A stretch of DNA of 64,000 nt. Source: an uncultured Myxococcales bacterium (GTDB lineage: Bacteria; Myxococcota; Kuafuiibacteriia; Kuafuiibacteriales; Kuafuiibacteriaceae). The stretch's first letter is position 1. The number at the start of each line of letters is the position of its first letter. The DNA is taken from positions 68,897 to 132,896 of the forward strand of contig CAYYOT010000004.1 in NCBI GenBank assembly GCA_964473255.1, given 5' to 3'. The translations under genes and the position numbers were made by a program. The notes under the pieces are model-generated. The model had not been told where the DNA came from. It did not search any database and worked only from the letters and a program-made list of their open reading frames with translations. This document shows, piece after piece, positions 1 through 10,419 of the stretch.

Positions 1-1280
1 GGTCAAGGACGCGGCCAGCGCCGGGATCGCGATTCCAGCTCCGGTCGCCGCCGACACGACCCGGCGCCAGGCGGCCATCCTCGAGGTCAGCTCGGGGACG
101 AACTGGGGCGTGAGGACGAGCGGACCGACGTCGGGGGCCTGTTCGAACGCCTCCCGGACCTGCTTCAGAAGACCGGCTCGAATGATGCAGCCGGCGGTCC
201 AGATGCGTGCAACCTCTGCGCGATCGATCCCGTAGTTCTTCTCTTCGCTGCCCCGGGCCAGAAGCTCGAATCCTTGGGAGTAGCTCGCGAGCTTGGCCGC
301 GTAGAGCGCGCTCCGCAGGTCGTCGATCCGGACGTCGGACAAGCCCGCTGATGGCCGTCCGAAGGTCGATTCACCCTCGCTTCGGAGCGCGGGTTGGGCG
401 CTCAGAACTCGAGCATCCACCGCGGCCGCAATCGTGGGAATGGCCACGCCCATGTCCGCCGCGGCCATCACCGTCCAGCGTCCGGTCCCCTTCTGCCCAG
501 CCGCGTCGAGGATCTGGTCGACCAGCAAACCTTCGGAGCCATCCGGATCGGCCACGTGAAAGATCCGGCCGGTGATCTCGATGAGGAAACTCTCGAGCTC
601 GGTACCGTTCCACGCGTCCAGGACGTTGGCCACCTCGGCCCCGCTCAGATCGAGCCCCCGACGCAGCAAGGTGACGGTCTCGGCGATGAGCTGCATGTCG
701 CCGTACTCGATCCCGTTGTGGACCATCTTCACGAAGTGCCCGGCCGAACCACGCCCACAGTGCGTCACGCACGGACCGCCCGCACCACGGGCCGCGATGC
801 GCTCGAGCAAGGGCCGCAATCGATCCCAGGCCTCATCCGAACCGCCCGGCATGAGCGAAGGCCCGCGACGGGCCCCCTCCGCGCCCCCGGAGACGCCCAT
901 CCCCACGAGCTCTCCCGGCGCCAAAGCGAAACGTGCGAGCCGCGCATCGGTTTCCCGGTAAAGACTGTTCCCGCCATCGACCACGATGTCGTCCGCTTCC
1001 AAAAGCGGTCCGAGCTCGTCGAGGACGACATCGACGGTCGGGCCGGCATCCACCAGCATGATGATTCGGCGCGGTCGCTCGAGCCCGGCTACCAGCTCGG
1101 TCAGGCTGGTGGCCGTCCCGGCCGACGCAGATTCCGCTTCGGCGAGAAACACGTCGCCGGCATCCCCGGACCGGTCGTAGCCCTTCACGCGAAATCCGTG
1201 ATCGACCAGATTCAGTGCCAAGTTGCGCCCCATGACGCCGAGCCCGATCACGCCGACGTCGAAGAGATCATCGGACATGG
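1..1280 (-). CDS. gnd: 6-phosphogluconate dehydrogenase (NADP+, decarboxylating), C-terminus cut by the window edge
   Basis: Reverse-complement translation from the ATG at 1278-1280 reads MSDDLFDVGVIGLGVMGRNLALN... and contains the hallmark HNGIEYGDMQLI motif. This reading frame is antisense to track ORF 394..1386. Continues past position 1. Confidence 0.88.
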
Positions 1281-1281
1281 T

Positions 1282-3960
1282 TCACCCCCGCAGTCCATCG
1301 GTACCGGCGAGCATCTTCGCTCGCGTGGCCCGATCCAGGTTCTTGAAATCGTCGGCTTCGAGACGGCCGAGAGAACTCAGGATTGAAGCCACCAGACCGG
1401 TCCAGCCCGTCTGGTGACTGGCTCCGATGCCCGCTCCATCGTCACCATTGAAGTACTCGTAGAAGAGCAGGTCGTCTCGCCAATTCGGATCGTTTTGAAA
1501 GCGGGTCGCGCCGCCGAAAACGGGACGCCGGCCGGAAGCGTCGCGCGTGAATATCTGAACCAACCGCTTCCCGAGATCGAAAGCGATCTCGTACAACGTC
1601 AGTTCCCGGCCCGAACCCGTCGGGCACTCGAAGCGCAACGTGTCGCCGTAGAAGGAGTACAGCTCCAGCAGAGACCGTATGAAGAGGAAGTTGATGGGGA
1701 TCCAGACCGGGCCTCGCCAATTCGAGTTTCCGCCGAACATGGAAGAATCGGACTCCGCCGGACGATAACGGACGACGTACCGTTGGCCCTCCCACTCGAA
1801 GACGTACGGGTCCGCCAAGTGAGACCGGGAAATGGAGCGAACGCCGTGCGGAGAATAGAACTCGTGAGCATCCAGCATTCGGGTGATGACGCGGCGAAGC
1901 TTGCCTTCATCCAGGATGGCCAGCATCCGACGATTCGAGTATCCAGCCACGAGCGGGCAGTGGATGCCCACCGTCTCATCGCTTTCGTACACCTGGCGCA
2001 GGCGCTCGCGGAGACGCGGTAACCCGGCGATGGTCTCCGGTTCGAAGACCGATACGGCGCCGAGCGGAAGCAAACCGACCAGAGAACGGATCTTCAACTT
2101 GGTAGACGTGCCGTCCGGGAAGCGCAGCACATCGTAGAAGAACCCGTCCTCGTCGTCCCAAAGCTCGGTACTGAGCGCTTTGGCAATACCGAGCACCCGA
2201 TCGAAAAAGTATAGGGCTCGGTCCTCGTATTCGGGGTCGACCCGACAGAGCTCGAGCGACAGGCGCAGCATGACTTGAGCATAGAATGCCATCCAAGCCG
2301 TCCCATCCGACTGTTCGAGATGACCACCGGTAGGAAGGTCATGACTCCGGTCGAAGACCCCGATGTTGTCCAGACCGAGAAAGCCTCCATGAAAGACGTC
2401 GCTTCCGTCGACGCCCTTCCGTTCGATCCACCATTCGAAGTTTCGCGTCAGGCGTTCGAACATCCATTTCAAGAACCCGACGTCGCCGTGGCCGCGCTTC
2501 GCCTGTTCGAACTGATAGACCTTGAGGGTCGCAAAAGCGTGCACCGGCGGATTCACGTCGCTGAAGTTCCACTCGTAGGCAGGAATCGCCCCGTCGTCCC
2601 GCAGATAGCGATCCTCGAGGAACATCGAGAGCTGGTGCTTGGCGAAATCTACGTCGACCAGCATCAGCGCTAAAGCGTGAAAGGCGAGGTCCCAGACGGC
2701 GAACCACGGATACTCCCACTTGTCCGGCATCGAGATGATGTCCTGCGCCTTGAGATGCTCCCAGTCTTGGTTTCGAGCCGTTGAAGGTTCGCGACCCGCC
2801 ATCCAGGCGGCCATGTCCAAGCTATAGTGTTGCTTGGACCACAGCATGCCGGCCAGAGCCTGACGCATGACTCGGGCCTGGTCTTCGTTCAAACGCTCGG
2901 GGGTCAACCGGTCGTAAAACGCGTCGGCTTCGGTCGTGCGGGCGGCCAAGACATCCTCGAAGCTCTGCCCGAAAGACTCCCCCTCGACCGGAGCCTTGAC
3001 CAACCGCAGCCGAATGATCCTCGTTTCCCCAGCGGCCACCGTGAAGGCGTAGTCGGCGGCGGCCTTGGTCCCGACCCGTTCCGGGTTGACGGCTCCCGTC
3101 TCCGCCATGACGACGGCGCGGCCGATTCCATCTTTCACGTAGGGAGACGGATTTTCCGCGTGGAACAGGCGCTGCTGGTTGGTGTCGTTTTCGGTGAATA
3201 GAAGAGGGGGACCGCCTTCGCAGTGAAGCTCCCAAACGCCGAGCTCATCGTGCTCGGCGCAAACGATCGCGGTGTCGCCAGGGAGCGCCCGCAGGTGGGG
3301 CCGGGCCGCATCATCGTGCCAGGACCACGTATTGCGAAACCACAGCGTGGGCAGCACACGGATGTCCGCCGGCGCAGATCCTCGATTCGAGACGCTGATC
3401 CGAATGTTCACGTCATCCGGACTCGCCTTGGCGTATTCGACCGTCACATCGAAGTAGCGATCCTCGTCGAAGACGCCGGTATCGATGAGCTCGTATTCGG
3501 GATCGGTCTTGCTCCGCGCGGCATTCGTGGCCACGAGGTCGTCGTAGGGGTAGCTGCGCTGTGGGTACCGGTACAGACCCTTCATGTAGGAGTGCGTCGG
3601 CGTCGAATCGAGGTAGTAGTAGTACTCTTTGCAGTCTTCGCCGTGATTTCCTTCGGAGTTGGTCAGACCGAACAAACGCTCCTTCAGAATCGGGTCCTGA
3701 CCATTCCAGAGGCTGAGCGCGAAACAGAGAAGCTGGCGGTCGTCGCAGATCCCCAGCAGGCCATCTTCCCCCCAGCGGTATGCTCGGGAGCGTGCCTGGT
3801 CGTGCGGAAAGTACTCCCACGCTTCACCATTGGGACCGTGGTCCTCCCGCACCGTGCCCCACTGGCGTTCACTAAGATATGGCCCCCACCGGCGCCACTG
3901 GACTCCGTCGTCGTACGCCGCCCGCAGCCTCTCTTCCTCTACCGACACATCAGCCTCCAT
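1282..3960 (-). CDS. Large glycoside hydrolase (GH63/MGH1-like or glucoamylase-like catalytic domain), ~892 aa
   Basis: Track ORF 1282..4248 (-). The likely real start is the ATG at 3958-3960 (MEADVSVEEERLRAAYDD). The N-terminus is highly charged and rich in Trp/Tyr and Gly/Asp, as in bacterial mannosylglycerate/glucosidase-type hydrolases (WGPYLSERQWGTVRED..., GGFLGLDNIGVFDRS, DGTAWMAFYAQ). Confidence 0.55.
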   Translation of the reverse strand: MEADVSVEEERLRAAYDDGVQWRRWGPYLSERQWGTVREDHGPNGEAWEYFPHDQARSRAYRWGEDGLLGICDDRQLLCFALSLWNGQDPILKERLFGLTNSEGNHGEDCKEYYYYLDSTPTHSYMKGLYRYPQRSYPYDDLVATNAARSKTDPEYELIDTGVFDEDRYFDVTVEYAKASPDDVNIRISVSNRGSAPADIRVLPTLWFRNTWSWHDDAARPHLRALPGDTAIVCAEHDELGVWELHCEGGPPLLFTENDTNQQRLFHAENPSPYVKDGIGRAVVMAETGAVNPERVGTKAAADYAFTVAAGETRIIRLRLVKAPVEGESFGQSFEDVLAARTTEADAFYDRLTPERLNEDQARVMRQALAGMLWSKQHYSLDMAAWMAGREPSTARNQDWEHLKAQDIISMPDKWEYPWFAVWDLAFHALALMLVDVDFAKHQLSMFLEDRYLRDDGAIPAYEWNFSDVNPPVHAFATLKVYQFEQAKRGHGDVGFLKWMFERLTRNFEWWIERKGVDGSDVFHGGFLGLDNIGVFDRSHDLPTGGHLEQSDGTAWMAFYAQVMLRLSLELCRVDPEYEDRALYFFDRVLGIAKALSTELWDDEDGFFYDVLRFPDGTSTKLKIRSLVGLLPLGAVSVFEPETIAGLPRLRERLRQVYESDETVGIHCPLVAGYSNRRMLAILDEGKLRRVITRMLDAHEFYSPHGVRSISRSHLADPYVFEWEGQRYVVRYRPAESDSSMFGGNSNWRGPVWIPINFLFIRSLLELYSFYGDTLRFECPTGSGRELTLYEIAFDLGKRLVQIFTRDASGRRPVFGGATRFQNDPNWRDDLLFYEYFNGDDGAGIGASHQTGWTGLVASILSSLGRLEADDFKNLDRATRAKMLAGTDGLRG

Positions 3961-4019
3961 CCGAGATCCACGTTGCGACCTGGAGACCGGCTTAACAGCC
4001 CGGGGAACCGACAACAATC

Positions 4020-4874
4020 TCAGGGAAGCCCGGCTCCGGGAACGTCGACTTCGAAGATCTCGATGCGACCCGTTCGCCGCCGCGCAGCTTCGGCGGGAAC
4101 GCTCGTCTCCGCGCACAGCGCGAAGAGATGGCGTCGCTCGGGGCCGCCGAGCATGCAAGCATACGGTGTGACCGACGGCTCCGCGAAGGCGACCGGTTCC
4201 CCGGACGGTGCCAGACGAAAGACGCGGCCCTGCTTGGTGCAGGCACACCAGACCGCGCCCTCTTCATCGAGGCACAAACCATCGGGCTGAAGGCCGTCGA
4301 TCTCGGCCCAGATGCGGCGGTTTTCCAAGGTCCCGTCGGCCGCAACGTCGAATGCGCTGATGCGCGCCGCGAACGTCTCCGCCACCATGAGGGTCTTACC
4401 GTCGGGAGTGAGCGCCGTCCCGTTGGGAAAGATCACTTCACGGTTTACGACCTTCACGTTGCGATCCGTGCCGACCAAAATGAGCTCCGCCGGCTTGACG
4501 GGTGCGCCTGCATCGACGTCATAGCCGAAGTTGCCCACGTAAGCTCGACCCCTTCGATCGACGAGCATGTCGTTACAGTGGAAGGAGGCAAGGTGAGCCA
4601 GGTCGACGTAAGGCTCCAGCTCCGACCCCCGGATGCGGAGGACCCTTCGCGTCGTCATCGCGACGACCAAGGGCGTCCCGTCGGGCAAAAATCCCAAGCC
4701 GCCCGGCCGGTCTTCCATCCGCTGGACGATGCGCTCGGCGTTGCCCCGCATGTCGACCGTGATCACCTCGTGGGCGTGCTGGTCCGTTAACCAGAGCCGA
4801 TCCTCTCGCCATCGAGGCCCTTCGGGAAAGGCCAACCCGTCGAGGAGGCGTCGCACAGGCGGGTAGGAGCGCAT
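4020..4874 (-). CDS. SMP-30/gluconolactonase/LRE-like six-bladed beta-propeller hydrolase
   Basis: 284-aa ORF. Motifs FPEGPRW, GFLPDGTPLVV, FPNGTALTPDGKTL and LQPDGLCLDEEGAVW are typical of the SGL family. Confidence 0.7.
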   Translation of the reverse strand: MRSYPPVRRLLDGLAFPEGPRWREDRLWLTDQHAHEVITVDMRGNAERIVQRMEDRPGGLGFLPDGTPLVVAMTTRRVLRIRGSELEPYVDLAHLASFHCNDMLVDRRGRAYVGNFGYDVDAGAPVKPAELILVGTDRNVKVVNREVIFPNGTALTPDGKTLMVAETFAARISAFDVAADGTLENRRIWAEIDGLQPDGLCLDEEGAVWCACTKQGRVFRLAPSGEPVAFAEPSVTPYACMLGGPERRHLFALCAETSVPAEAARRRTGRIEIFEVDVPGAGLP

Positions 4875-4942
4875 ACGATCCTATCTCACGGAGACCTCGG
4901 TGGTGACTACTTGGGCCGCCGATGGCTAGTCTCCCCATCGTC

Positions 4943-5791
4943 ATGTGCCGACTGTTCGGGTTTCGCAGCGTCATCCAGAGTCAGGTGCATCGTTCGCTGA
5001 CCGAAGCGGACAATGCCCTGCAGGCGCAGAGCTCCGAGCATCCAGACGGATGGGGCGTAGCCTACTACGTCGACGGCACCCCACACGTCGTGAAGAGCGC
5101 GGACAGTGCATTGAACGACCACATTTTCCAGCGCGTCAGCGGCATCGTCGCTTCGGAGACGGTCCTCGCCCACATCCGAAAGGCAACCGCGGGCTCACTG
5201 TCGATCTTGAATAGCCATCCCTTCCAACACGGTCGCTGGGTGTTCGCCCACAACGGAGAGATCCCAGAATTTTCCCGACACCGCGACGCCCTCATGCAGC
5301 AGATCGCGCCCCGTCTCCGTCGATTCGTGCTCGGCGACACGGACAGCGAAGTGATCTGCTTCTTGTTCCTATCGGAGCTCGAGCGCTACGGGCCCCTCGA
5401 CCGGAGCGCCGCCGTCGAAGACACGATGGAAGCCCTGGCCAAGACCCTCCAGACCGTGCGGGAGGTCTGCGATCCCGGCGCCGAGCGCCCCTGCCTGCTC
5501 ACGATGATCGTCACCAACGGTGCGACGATGGTGGCCACGCGGGGAGGCAAGGAGCTCTACTGGTCATCGTACAAGAGTCGATGCTCGGACCGCGACACGT
5601 GTCCCAGCCTGGACGCGTCCTGTGAGGCGCCGACGACCACCGGCTTCGTGAACCATCTGATCCTGTCCAGCGAACCACTCGCCGGCGAGAACATCTGGCT
5701 CGAGGTCCCGGAGGACCAAATGGTGGGTGTGGACTGGCGAATGCGTCTTCACCAGCGCCCCGTCCACCAGCCCCTGCGGGTCGTTTCCTGA
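4943..5791 (+). CDS. Class II (Ntn-type) glutamine amidotransferase, YafJ/EgtC-like
   Basis: Track ORF 4922..5791. The internal ATG at 4943 gives MCRLFGF..., the MC... start typical of Ntn-type amidotransferases, where the Cys exposed after Met removal is the nucleophile. HPDGWGVAYY and FAHNGEI motifs are present. Confidence 0.7.
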   Translation: MCRLFGFRSVIQSQVHRSLTEADNALQAQSSEHPDGWGVAYYVDGTPHVVKSADSALNDHIFQRVSGIVASETVLAHIRKATAGSLSILNSHPFQHGRWVFAHNGEIPEFSRHRDALMQQIAPRLRRFVLGDTDSEVICFLFLSELERYGPLDRSAAVEDTMEALAKTLQTVREVCDPGAERPCLLTMIVTNGATMVATRGGKELYWSSYKSRCSDRDTCPSLDASCEAPTTTGFVNHLILSSEPLAGENIWLEVPEDQMVGVDWRMRLHQRPVHQPLRVVS

Positions 5792-5792
5792 T

Positions 5793-6284
5793 TCAGCGCA
5801 CTCGGTTGCCGTTCTGGTCGACATATCCGGCGCGTGCTCCACCGATCACGCCCCATAGACCCAGCCCCAACGCGATGACCCCGTTGACGGCGAACACGGC
5901 CGCCGTGCCGCTCGAATTCTCGATCGTTTCATCTCCGGCTGCGCTTCCGGCGAGTGCGAAGCTTCCGATGGCTCCCAAGAGAGAGAGAGTGCCGAGGGTG
6001 ATGGCTGGAATCCTGGCCGACTGTCGATAGCGTCGACTCTCCTCTCCCGTGGAGACTGCCGCCCGAGCCGTGCACTGAAAGCCGGACGAAGTCTCGACGC
6101 AACGCTCATTGGATCCGCAAGATGGATTGCATTGCGAGATACACTGCCCATCGACGCAGCTGTACCCCATGCGACACTCGGGTACGCACTGCGCGCTCGA
6201 AGTGGAGGATGAATCGGTGGCCGCCGCCGACGCGACAACGAGGAGAAAGGTCATGCTGTGAATCATGCCCCAGAATCTAGCCAA
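5793..6284 (-). CDS. Small secreted Cys-rich protein (signal peptide, EGF-like Cys spacing, C-terminal Gly-rich hydrophobic tail)
   Basis: 163-aa ORF with a hydrophobic N-terminus (MTFLLVVASAAA), a cysteine cluster CVPECRMGYSCVDGQCISQCNPSCGSNERCVETSSGFQC, and a C-terminal hydrophobic Gly/Ala segment. Confidence 0.45.
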   Translation of the reverse strand: MARFWGMIHSMTFLLVVASAAATDSSSTSSAQCVPECRMGYSCVDGQCISQCNPSCGSNERCVETSSGFQCTARAAVSTGEESRRYRQSARIPAITLGTLSLLGAIGSFALAGSAAGDETIENSSGTAAVFAVNGVIALGLGLWGVIGGARAGYVDQNGNRVR

Positions 6285-6346
6285 GTCTGGGCCTCGGTTC
6301 TACGGGCCCGCGGCAGTTCGTCGATCGGTGCGCGAGCGAGGCGTAC

Positions 6347-7234
6347 TCACCCGGCGTAGCGCCGGGCGATACGGAGAGCTTGGTCGGCGTAGCCGCCTCC
6401 GAAGAGGGTGGCGTGGTTCATTACGTGATACAGCTCGTAGAGCGGCATCCGCTCGTCCCAACCGGGCTCCAGTCGAGCCGCGCTCGCGTAGGTTTCATAG
6501 AGCTTCTGCGAAAAGCCTCCGAACAAGTGCATCATGCCCAGCTCGGCTTCGGGATGCGCATGATAGGCCGCGGGATCGATCAACACCGGACGCCCTTCCC
6601 CATCCGCGAGGTGGTTCCCGGACCACAGATCCCCGTGAATCAGGGAGGGAGACGCGTCGCTCGTGAGGAGCGTATCCATTCGGGTCGCGAGGCGATCGAA
6701 GACGCGGGACTCCCGAGGCGCGATGCGTCGGCTTTCGACCATGAGTCGGGCCTGGTGCAGAATCCGATGCTCCACATAGAACGGCGTCCAGTCAGGAGAG
6801 CGAGGATTCGGCTGGAGCGTCGTCCCGCAGTAGGTATCGAAGTCGAAGCCGAAGGCCTCGGCATTGGCTCTGTGAAGCTCCGCCAGTCCTTCGGCGATCT
6901 TTTGCTCGTAGTCGGCGGCTGGGCGGCCGCGCGGAATATACTCGAGGAGCAGGAAGCCCGCACGATCCGGCTCTGGGTCGGCGTAGCCGAGCACCCGGGG
7001 GATGCGCAGGATGGTGGACGCCTCTTCGAGCAGCTCCAGCGACCGAGCCTCGGCCGAAAACCAGCGTCCCGACGCGTCGGACTGCGTCTTGACGAAGAAC
7101 TCGCCAGCCGACGTGTCCAGCCGGCGAGCCTCGTTGATGTCGCCCCCGGAAAGGGGCGACGTGCCGCGGACTTCGACGGATGCGCCCGTGAACCGCTCCA
7201 GGGCCTCGAGGATCCTCTCATCATGCTGACTCAT
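6347..7234 (-). CDS. Fructosamine-3-kinase family protein (protein-kinase-like fold)
   Basis: The real start is the ATG at 7232-7234 (MSQHDERILEALERF). HGDLWSGN, LIDPAAYHAHPEAELGM and FGGGY motifs match the fructosamine kinase family. The upstream 295 aa of track ORF 6347..8122 are antisense to the neighbouring gene and judged spurious. Confidence 0.75.
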   Translation of the reverse strand: MSQHDERILEALERFTGASVEVRGTSPLSGGDINEARRLDTSAGEFFVKTQSDASGRWFSAEARSLELLEEASTILRIPRVLGYADPEPDRAGFLLLEYIPRGRPAADYEQKIAEGLAELHRANAEAFGFDFDTYCGTTLQPNPRSPDWTPFYVEHRILHQARLMVESRRIAPRESRVFDRLATRMDTLLTSDASPSLIHGDLWSGNHLADGEGRPVLIDPAAYHAHPEAELGMMHLFGGFSQKLYETYASAARLEPGWDERMPLYELYHVMNHATLFGGGYADQALRIARRYAG

Positions 7235-7312
7235 TCGACTCCCCGAACGGAATGGGTCGTAGTCCGAACGGGGCCTGGAGGTCACGCCCGAGCGGGTCGT
7301 ACAACCCTCGAC

Positions 7313-8179
7313 ATGACAACCATCGCATTTCTCGGACTCGGCGCCATGGGCGCCCGCATGGCCGCCCGGCTGCTCGAAGGCGGCCACACGCTTCGCGTGT
7401 ACAACCGTTCTCCCGAGGCGGCGACGGCTCTGAACGACCTTGGGGCAATCACCACTTCGAGCCCGCGGGAAGCCGCGACGGGAGCCGAAGTGGTCGTCTC
7501 CATGGTGACCGATGACGGCGCGGCTCGGTCGGTTTGGCTGCATCCGGAGACGGGGGCCCTGCGGGGCATGAGCCAGGGCGCCATCGCCGTGGAATCCAGC
7601 ACGGTGACACCCGAATGGATCGTCCATCTGGGCGAGAGCTGCGACGACGCGAACATCTCGCTGCTCGACGCCCCGGTGATCGGCTCGCGTCCCCAGGCCG
7701 ATGCCGGCCAGCTGATCTTCACCGTCGGTGGGCCCGCGCCTACCCTCGAAACCGTCCGCAACGTTTTGTCGAGCATGGGCAGCACCATCCATCACGTGGG
7801 CGCTCGCGGAAGCGGTGCCCGGCTGAAGCTCGTGGTCAACGCGCTCTTCGGCATCCAGGTCGCCGCCCTCTCCGAGCTCCTGGGGTACACCGCAAAGAGC
7901 GGGCTCGAGCCCGCGCACGTCGTGGAGATCCTCGGCCAGATCCCGGTTACGAGCCCGGCGATGAAAGGCATCGGAGGGCTGATCGTTGCCAAGAAGTTCG
8001 ACCCGATGTTCCCCATCGACCTCGTTGCCAAGGACTTCGGGTATGCGGTCGACAGCGCGTCGGCCGTTGGAGCATCGACGCCGGTGACGACCGCTACCCG
8101 CGACGTGTATGTCGCGGCCCAAAACGAAGGACTCGGCCCCTCCAACATCGCCGGCGTCGCGAAACGCTACGTCGACTGA
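7313..8179 (+). CDS. NAD(P)-dependent 3-hydroxyisobutyrate dehydrogenase-family (beta-hydroxyacid dehydrogenase) oxidoreductase
   Basis: The internal ATG at 7313 gives MTTIAFLGLGAMGARMAARLLEGGH (Rossmann GxGxxG). SMVTDDGA and KLVVNALFG motifs match the HIBADH/6PGDH-like family. Confidence 0.75.
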   Translation: MTTIAFLGLGAMGARMAARLLEGGHTLRVYNRSPEAATALNDLGAITTSSPREAATGAEVVVSMVTDDGAARSVWLHPETGALRGMSQGAIAVESSTVTPEWIVHLGESCDDANISLLDAPVIGSRPQADAGQLIFTVGGPAPTLETVRNVLSSMGSTIHHVGARGSGARLKLVVNALFGIQVAALSELLGYTAKSGLEPAHVVEILGQIPVTSPAMKGIGGLIVAKKFDPMFPIDLVAKDFGYAVDSASAVGASTPVTTATRDVYVAAQNEGLGPSNIAGVAKRYVD

Positions 8180-8207
8180 CCTCGAAGGGGCCGGGTGGCG
8201 ACTGCCC

Positions 8208-9974
8208 TCAGATGACGTTGAGGCGCTTCGTGCTGCCGGGCTGGTTGAACCCGGATTCGATCTCGACGATCCGGTCGGTCTCGACCGTCTTTCCGGGCAG
8301 CGGTATCAGCGCATCGGGGGACGGATTCGAGAGGTCGGCAAGGGTGCCGACCCGGCGGAACTCGGTTTGCCAGCGGTGCCGGTTCACGTCGCACAGCGCA
8401 TAGCCCCGGAACAGAGCGTTGAAGTACGCGATATGGGGATTCTCGGGGATACTCTGGCGAACGATGAAATCCGTCGGCCGCGGATCGGGCGTCAGGAACG
8501 TCGAGGCGATGCTCGTGCACACGAACTCGGCCGCGATCATGTCTCCAGGGTTCTTGAAGTCTTTGAAGAGGTTGGAGGCCCACGACGAGTGGATGTCTCC
8601 GGTGAGCACGACCGGATTGTTCGGCCGCAGCGAATCCAGGACGTGGAACAGACGATCGCGGGCCGCGGGGTAGCCATCCCACGCGTCGACGGCGAGCAGA
8701 TTGCTCACCGTCGAGTAGGCGGCGAGGATCTGCGTCTTGAGCGGCTCGGGGATCGTCGGGTCGAGTGCAACCTGTGCTTCACCCGTGGCCCGCAAGTTCC
8801 ACTCCATCTGCATGACCTGCTGCGCAAGAACGTTCCAGGTCGCCTTGCTGCGAGCGAGGTTGCGCGCCAGCCACAGTTCTTGACGGATCCCCAGCATCGT
8901 CGCACCAGGATCGTTGATGCCTGGTTCGTCGAAGATCTTCTCCCCGAGCACCGACTCCAGAAGCGCCGCGACGTCCGCCGGCGGGTTGTCGGTGGAGCCG
9001 AAGTTGTCGAGCGCCGGCTGATCGGTCCGGAACTGACGCGTGTCGAGCATGTGGATGTCGGCCAGGTTCCCGAACTGCAGGCGCCGGAATAGGTTGATGC
9101 GCCCCGACCGGGCCCCCGCGCGGTTCTGAGGACGAAGCGGCATCGTCTCTGCGTAGACCTGATAGGCATTGCGCCGGCGGTCGATGAAGTCCTGCCCCTG
9201 GATGGACGACGTCTCCTCCGGAATCTTCCCCGCGTAGTTGTTCTCGACCTCGTGGTCATCGAACGTGACCAGGAAGGGAAGCTCGGCGTGCACGTCTTGA
9301 AGATCAGGGTCGAGCCGGTACAGGGCGTATCGGTTCCGGTAATCGTCGACCGATACCGATTCCGGCCCGTTGTGCACCCGCCCCGGAACGAGGGGCGTCG
9401 TGCTCGCGGCCCCCTCGTACATGTAGTCACCGGTGTGAACCACGAAGTCGAGGTTCTGCGAGAGCATGTCCGCGTAGGCGTTGTAGAACCCCTGCTCGTA
9501 GTTCTGGCAGGACACGGTCGCGAACCGCATGTGGTTGGCGTAGTCCCAGCGGCTCGGGAAGGTGCGCGTCCGGCCCACGCGGCTGTACTGCCCCTTGGCG
9601 TAGAAGCGGTAGTAGAGCCAGCAATTCGACGGAAGCCCGCGCGGGATGACGTGCACGGCATGGCCCTTTTGGGGAAGCGCTACCGTGGCACCGCGGCGGA
9701 TCACGTGCCGCATGTGGCGATCGTAGGCGACCTCCCAGTGCACCTTGACCGCCTTGTGACCGAGTCCGCCGCCGTTCAGAGGGTCGGGCGCGAGGCGCGT
9801 CCACAGAACGACGGAGTTCGCATTCGGGTCGCCTGAGCACACGCCGAGCGTGAACAAGCTGCCCGATGCCTGGGCCTCTTTGTGAAAGATGAAAGCCGGG
9901 CCGCTGACCAGCGTCGCGCCGACCCCTTGCACGAATCGACGGCGATCGACCGTCGTCTTTGTATCGTTCCCCAT
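8208..9974 (-). CDS. phoD: Alkaline phosphatase D (PhoD-family phosphodiesterase/phosphatase), Tat-secreted
   Basis: 588 aa. The N-terminal twin-arginine motif DRRRFVQGVGATL is present. PhoD/metallophosphatase motifs include VHTGDYMYE, FDDHEVENNY, GDIHSSWA and a FRxDxP-like block. Confidence 0.8.
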   Translation of the reverse strand: MGNDTKTTVDRRRFVQGVGATLVSGPAFIFHKEAQASGSLFTLGVCSGDPNANSVVLWTRLAPDPLNGGGLGHKAVKVHWEVAYDRHMRHVIRRGATVALPQKGHAVHVIPRGLPSNCWLYYRFYAKGQYSRVGRTRTFPSRWDYANHMRFATVSCQNYEQGFYNAYADMLSQNLDFVVHTGDYMYEGAASTTPLVPGRVHNGPESVSVDDYRNRYALYRLDPDLQDVHAELPFLVTFDDHEVENNYAGKIPEETSSIQGQDFIDRRRNAYQVYAETMPLRPQNRAGARSGRINLFRRLQFGNLADIHMLDTRQFRTDQPALDNFGSTDNPPADVAALLESVLGEKIFDEPGINDPGATMLGIRQELWLARNLARSKATWNVLAQQVMQMEWNLRATGEAQVALDPTIPEPLKTQILAAYSTVSNLLAVDAWDGYPAARDRLFHVLDSLRPNNPVVLTGDIHSSWASNLFKDFKNPGDMIAAEFVCTSIASTFLTPDPRPTDFIVRQSIPENPHIAYFNALFRGYALCDVNRHRWQTEFRRVGTLADLSNPSPDALIPLPGKTVETDRIVEIESGFNQPGSTKRLNVI

Positions 9975-10116
9975 GATGTTGACTCCTCCCGAGTTAGCGA
10001 ATGCGGACGGTTCCGCGGGTGCGAAACGTTAGGATCGAAAGTTGTCGAAATGGTGGCGCTCCGGCGTCTTCCCTCGTTCGTTGGACAGCCGCGCCGAGCT
10101 CGGTCAAGGTTCAGGG

Positions 10117-10419
10117 ATGGAACGCTCCGCCTACGTGGTGCTCGGCGTATCGACCAACGCGTCGCCCGAAGAGATCCGGCGGGCGTACCGCGTCATGGCG
10201 AAGAGAAATCACCCGGATCGGAATGGCAGCACCGAAGAAGCGCACACCCGATTCGTGGAAATTCAACTCGCCTACGAGATTCTCAGCGATCCAGACCGTC
10301 GGCTGCGCCACGATCGCGGGGAAGAACATCTGGACGACGATCGCGCGCGACAGATTCTGGAGCAGAGGATCGCTCAGCTCGTTCGCCGTCGGGAACGTCT
10401 TCGCCGGCTCTACGAGTGA
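10117..10419 (+). CDS. Small J-domain (DnaJ-like) protein
   Basis: The ATG at 10117 gives MERSAYVVLGVSTNASPEEIRRAYRVMAKRNHPDRN, a J-domain with the HPD motif. About 100 aa with no zinc finger or C-terminal domain. Confidence 0.65.
   Translation: MERSAYVVLGVSTNASPEEIRRAYRVMAKRNHPDRNGSTEEAHTRFVEIQLAYEILSDPDRRLRHDRGEEHLDDDRARQILEQRIAQLVRRRERLRRLYE

Noticed and set aside
394-1386. 330-aa plus-strand ORF
   Set aside because: It is antisense to gnd, whose minus-strand translation contains unmistakable 6PGDH motifs. It has no recognisable domains and is a typical high-GC shadow ORF.
3223-4290. 355-aa plus ORF
   Set aside because: It is antisense to the glycoside hydrolase and gluconolactonase genes and has no domain signal.
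6380-7312. Upstream part of 599-aa plus ORF 6380..8179
   Set aside because: It is antisense to the fructosamine-kinase gene. The Rossmann-fold start MTTIAFLGLGAMG at 7313 is the real start.
7235-8122. N-terminal 295 aa of track ORF 6347..8122 (-)
   Set aside because: It overlaps the well-supported plus-strand dehydrogenase gene. The fructosamine-kinase homology begins only at the internal Met (7234).
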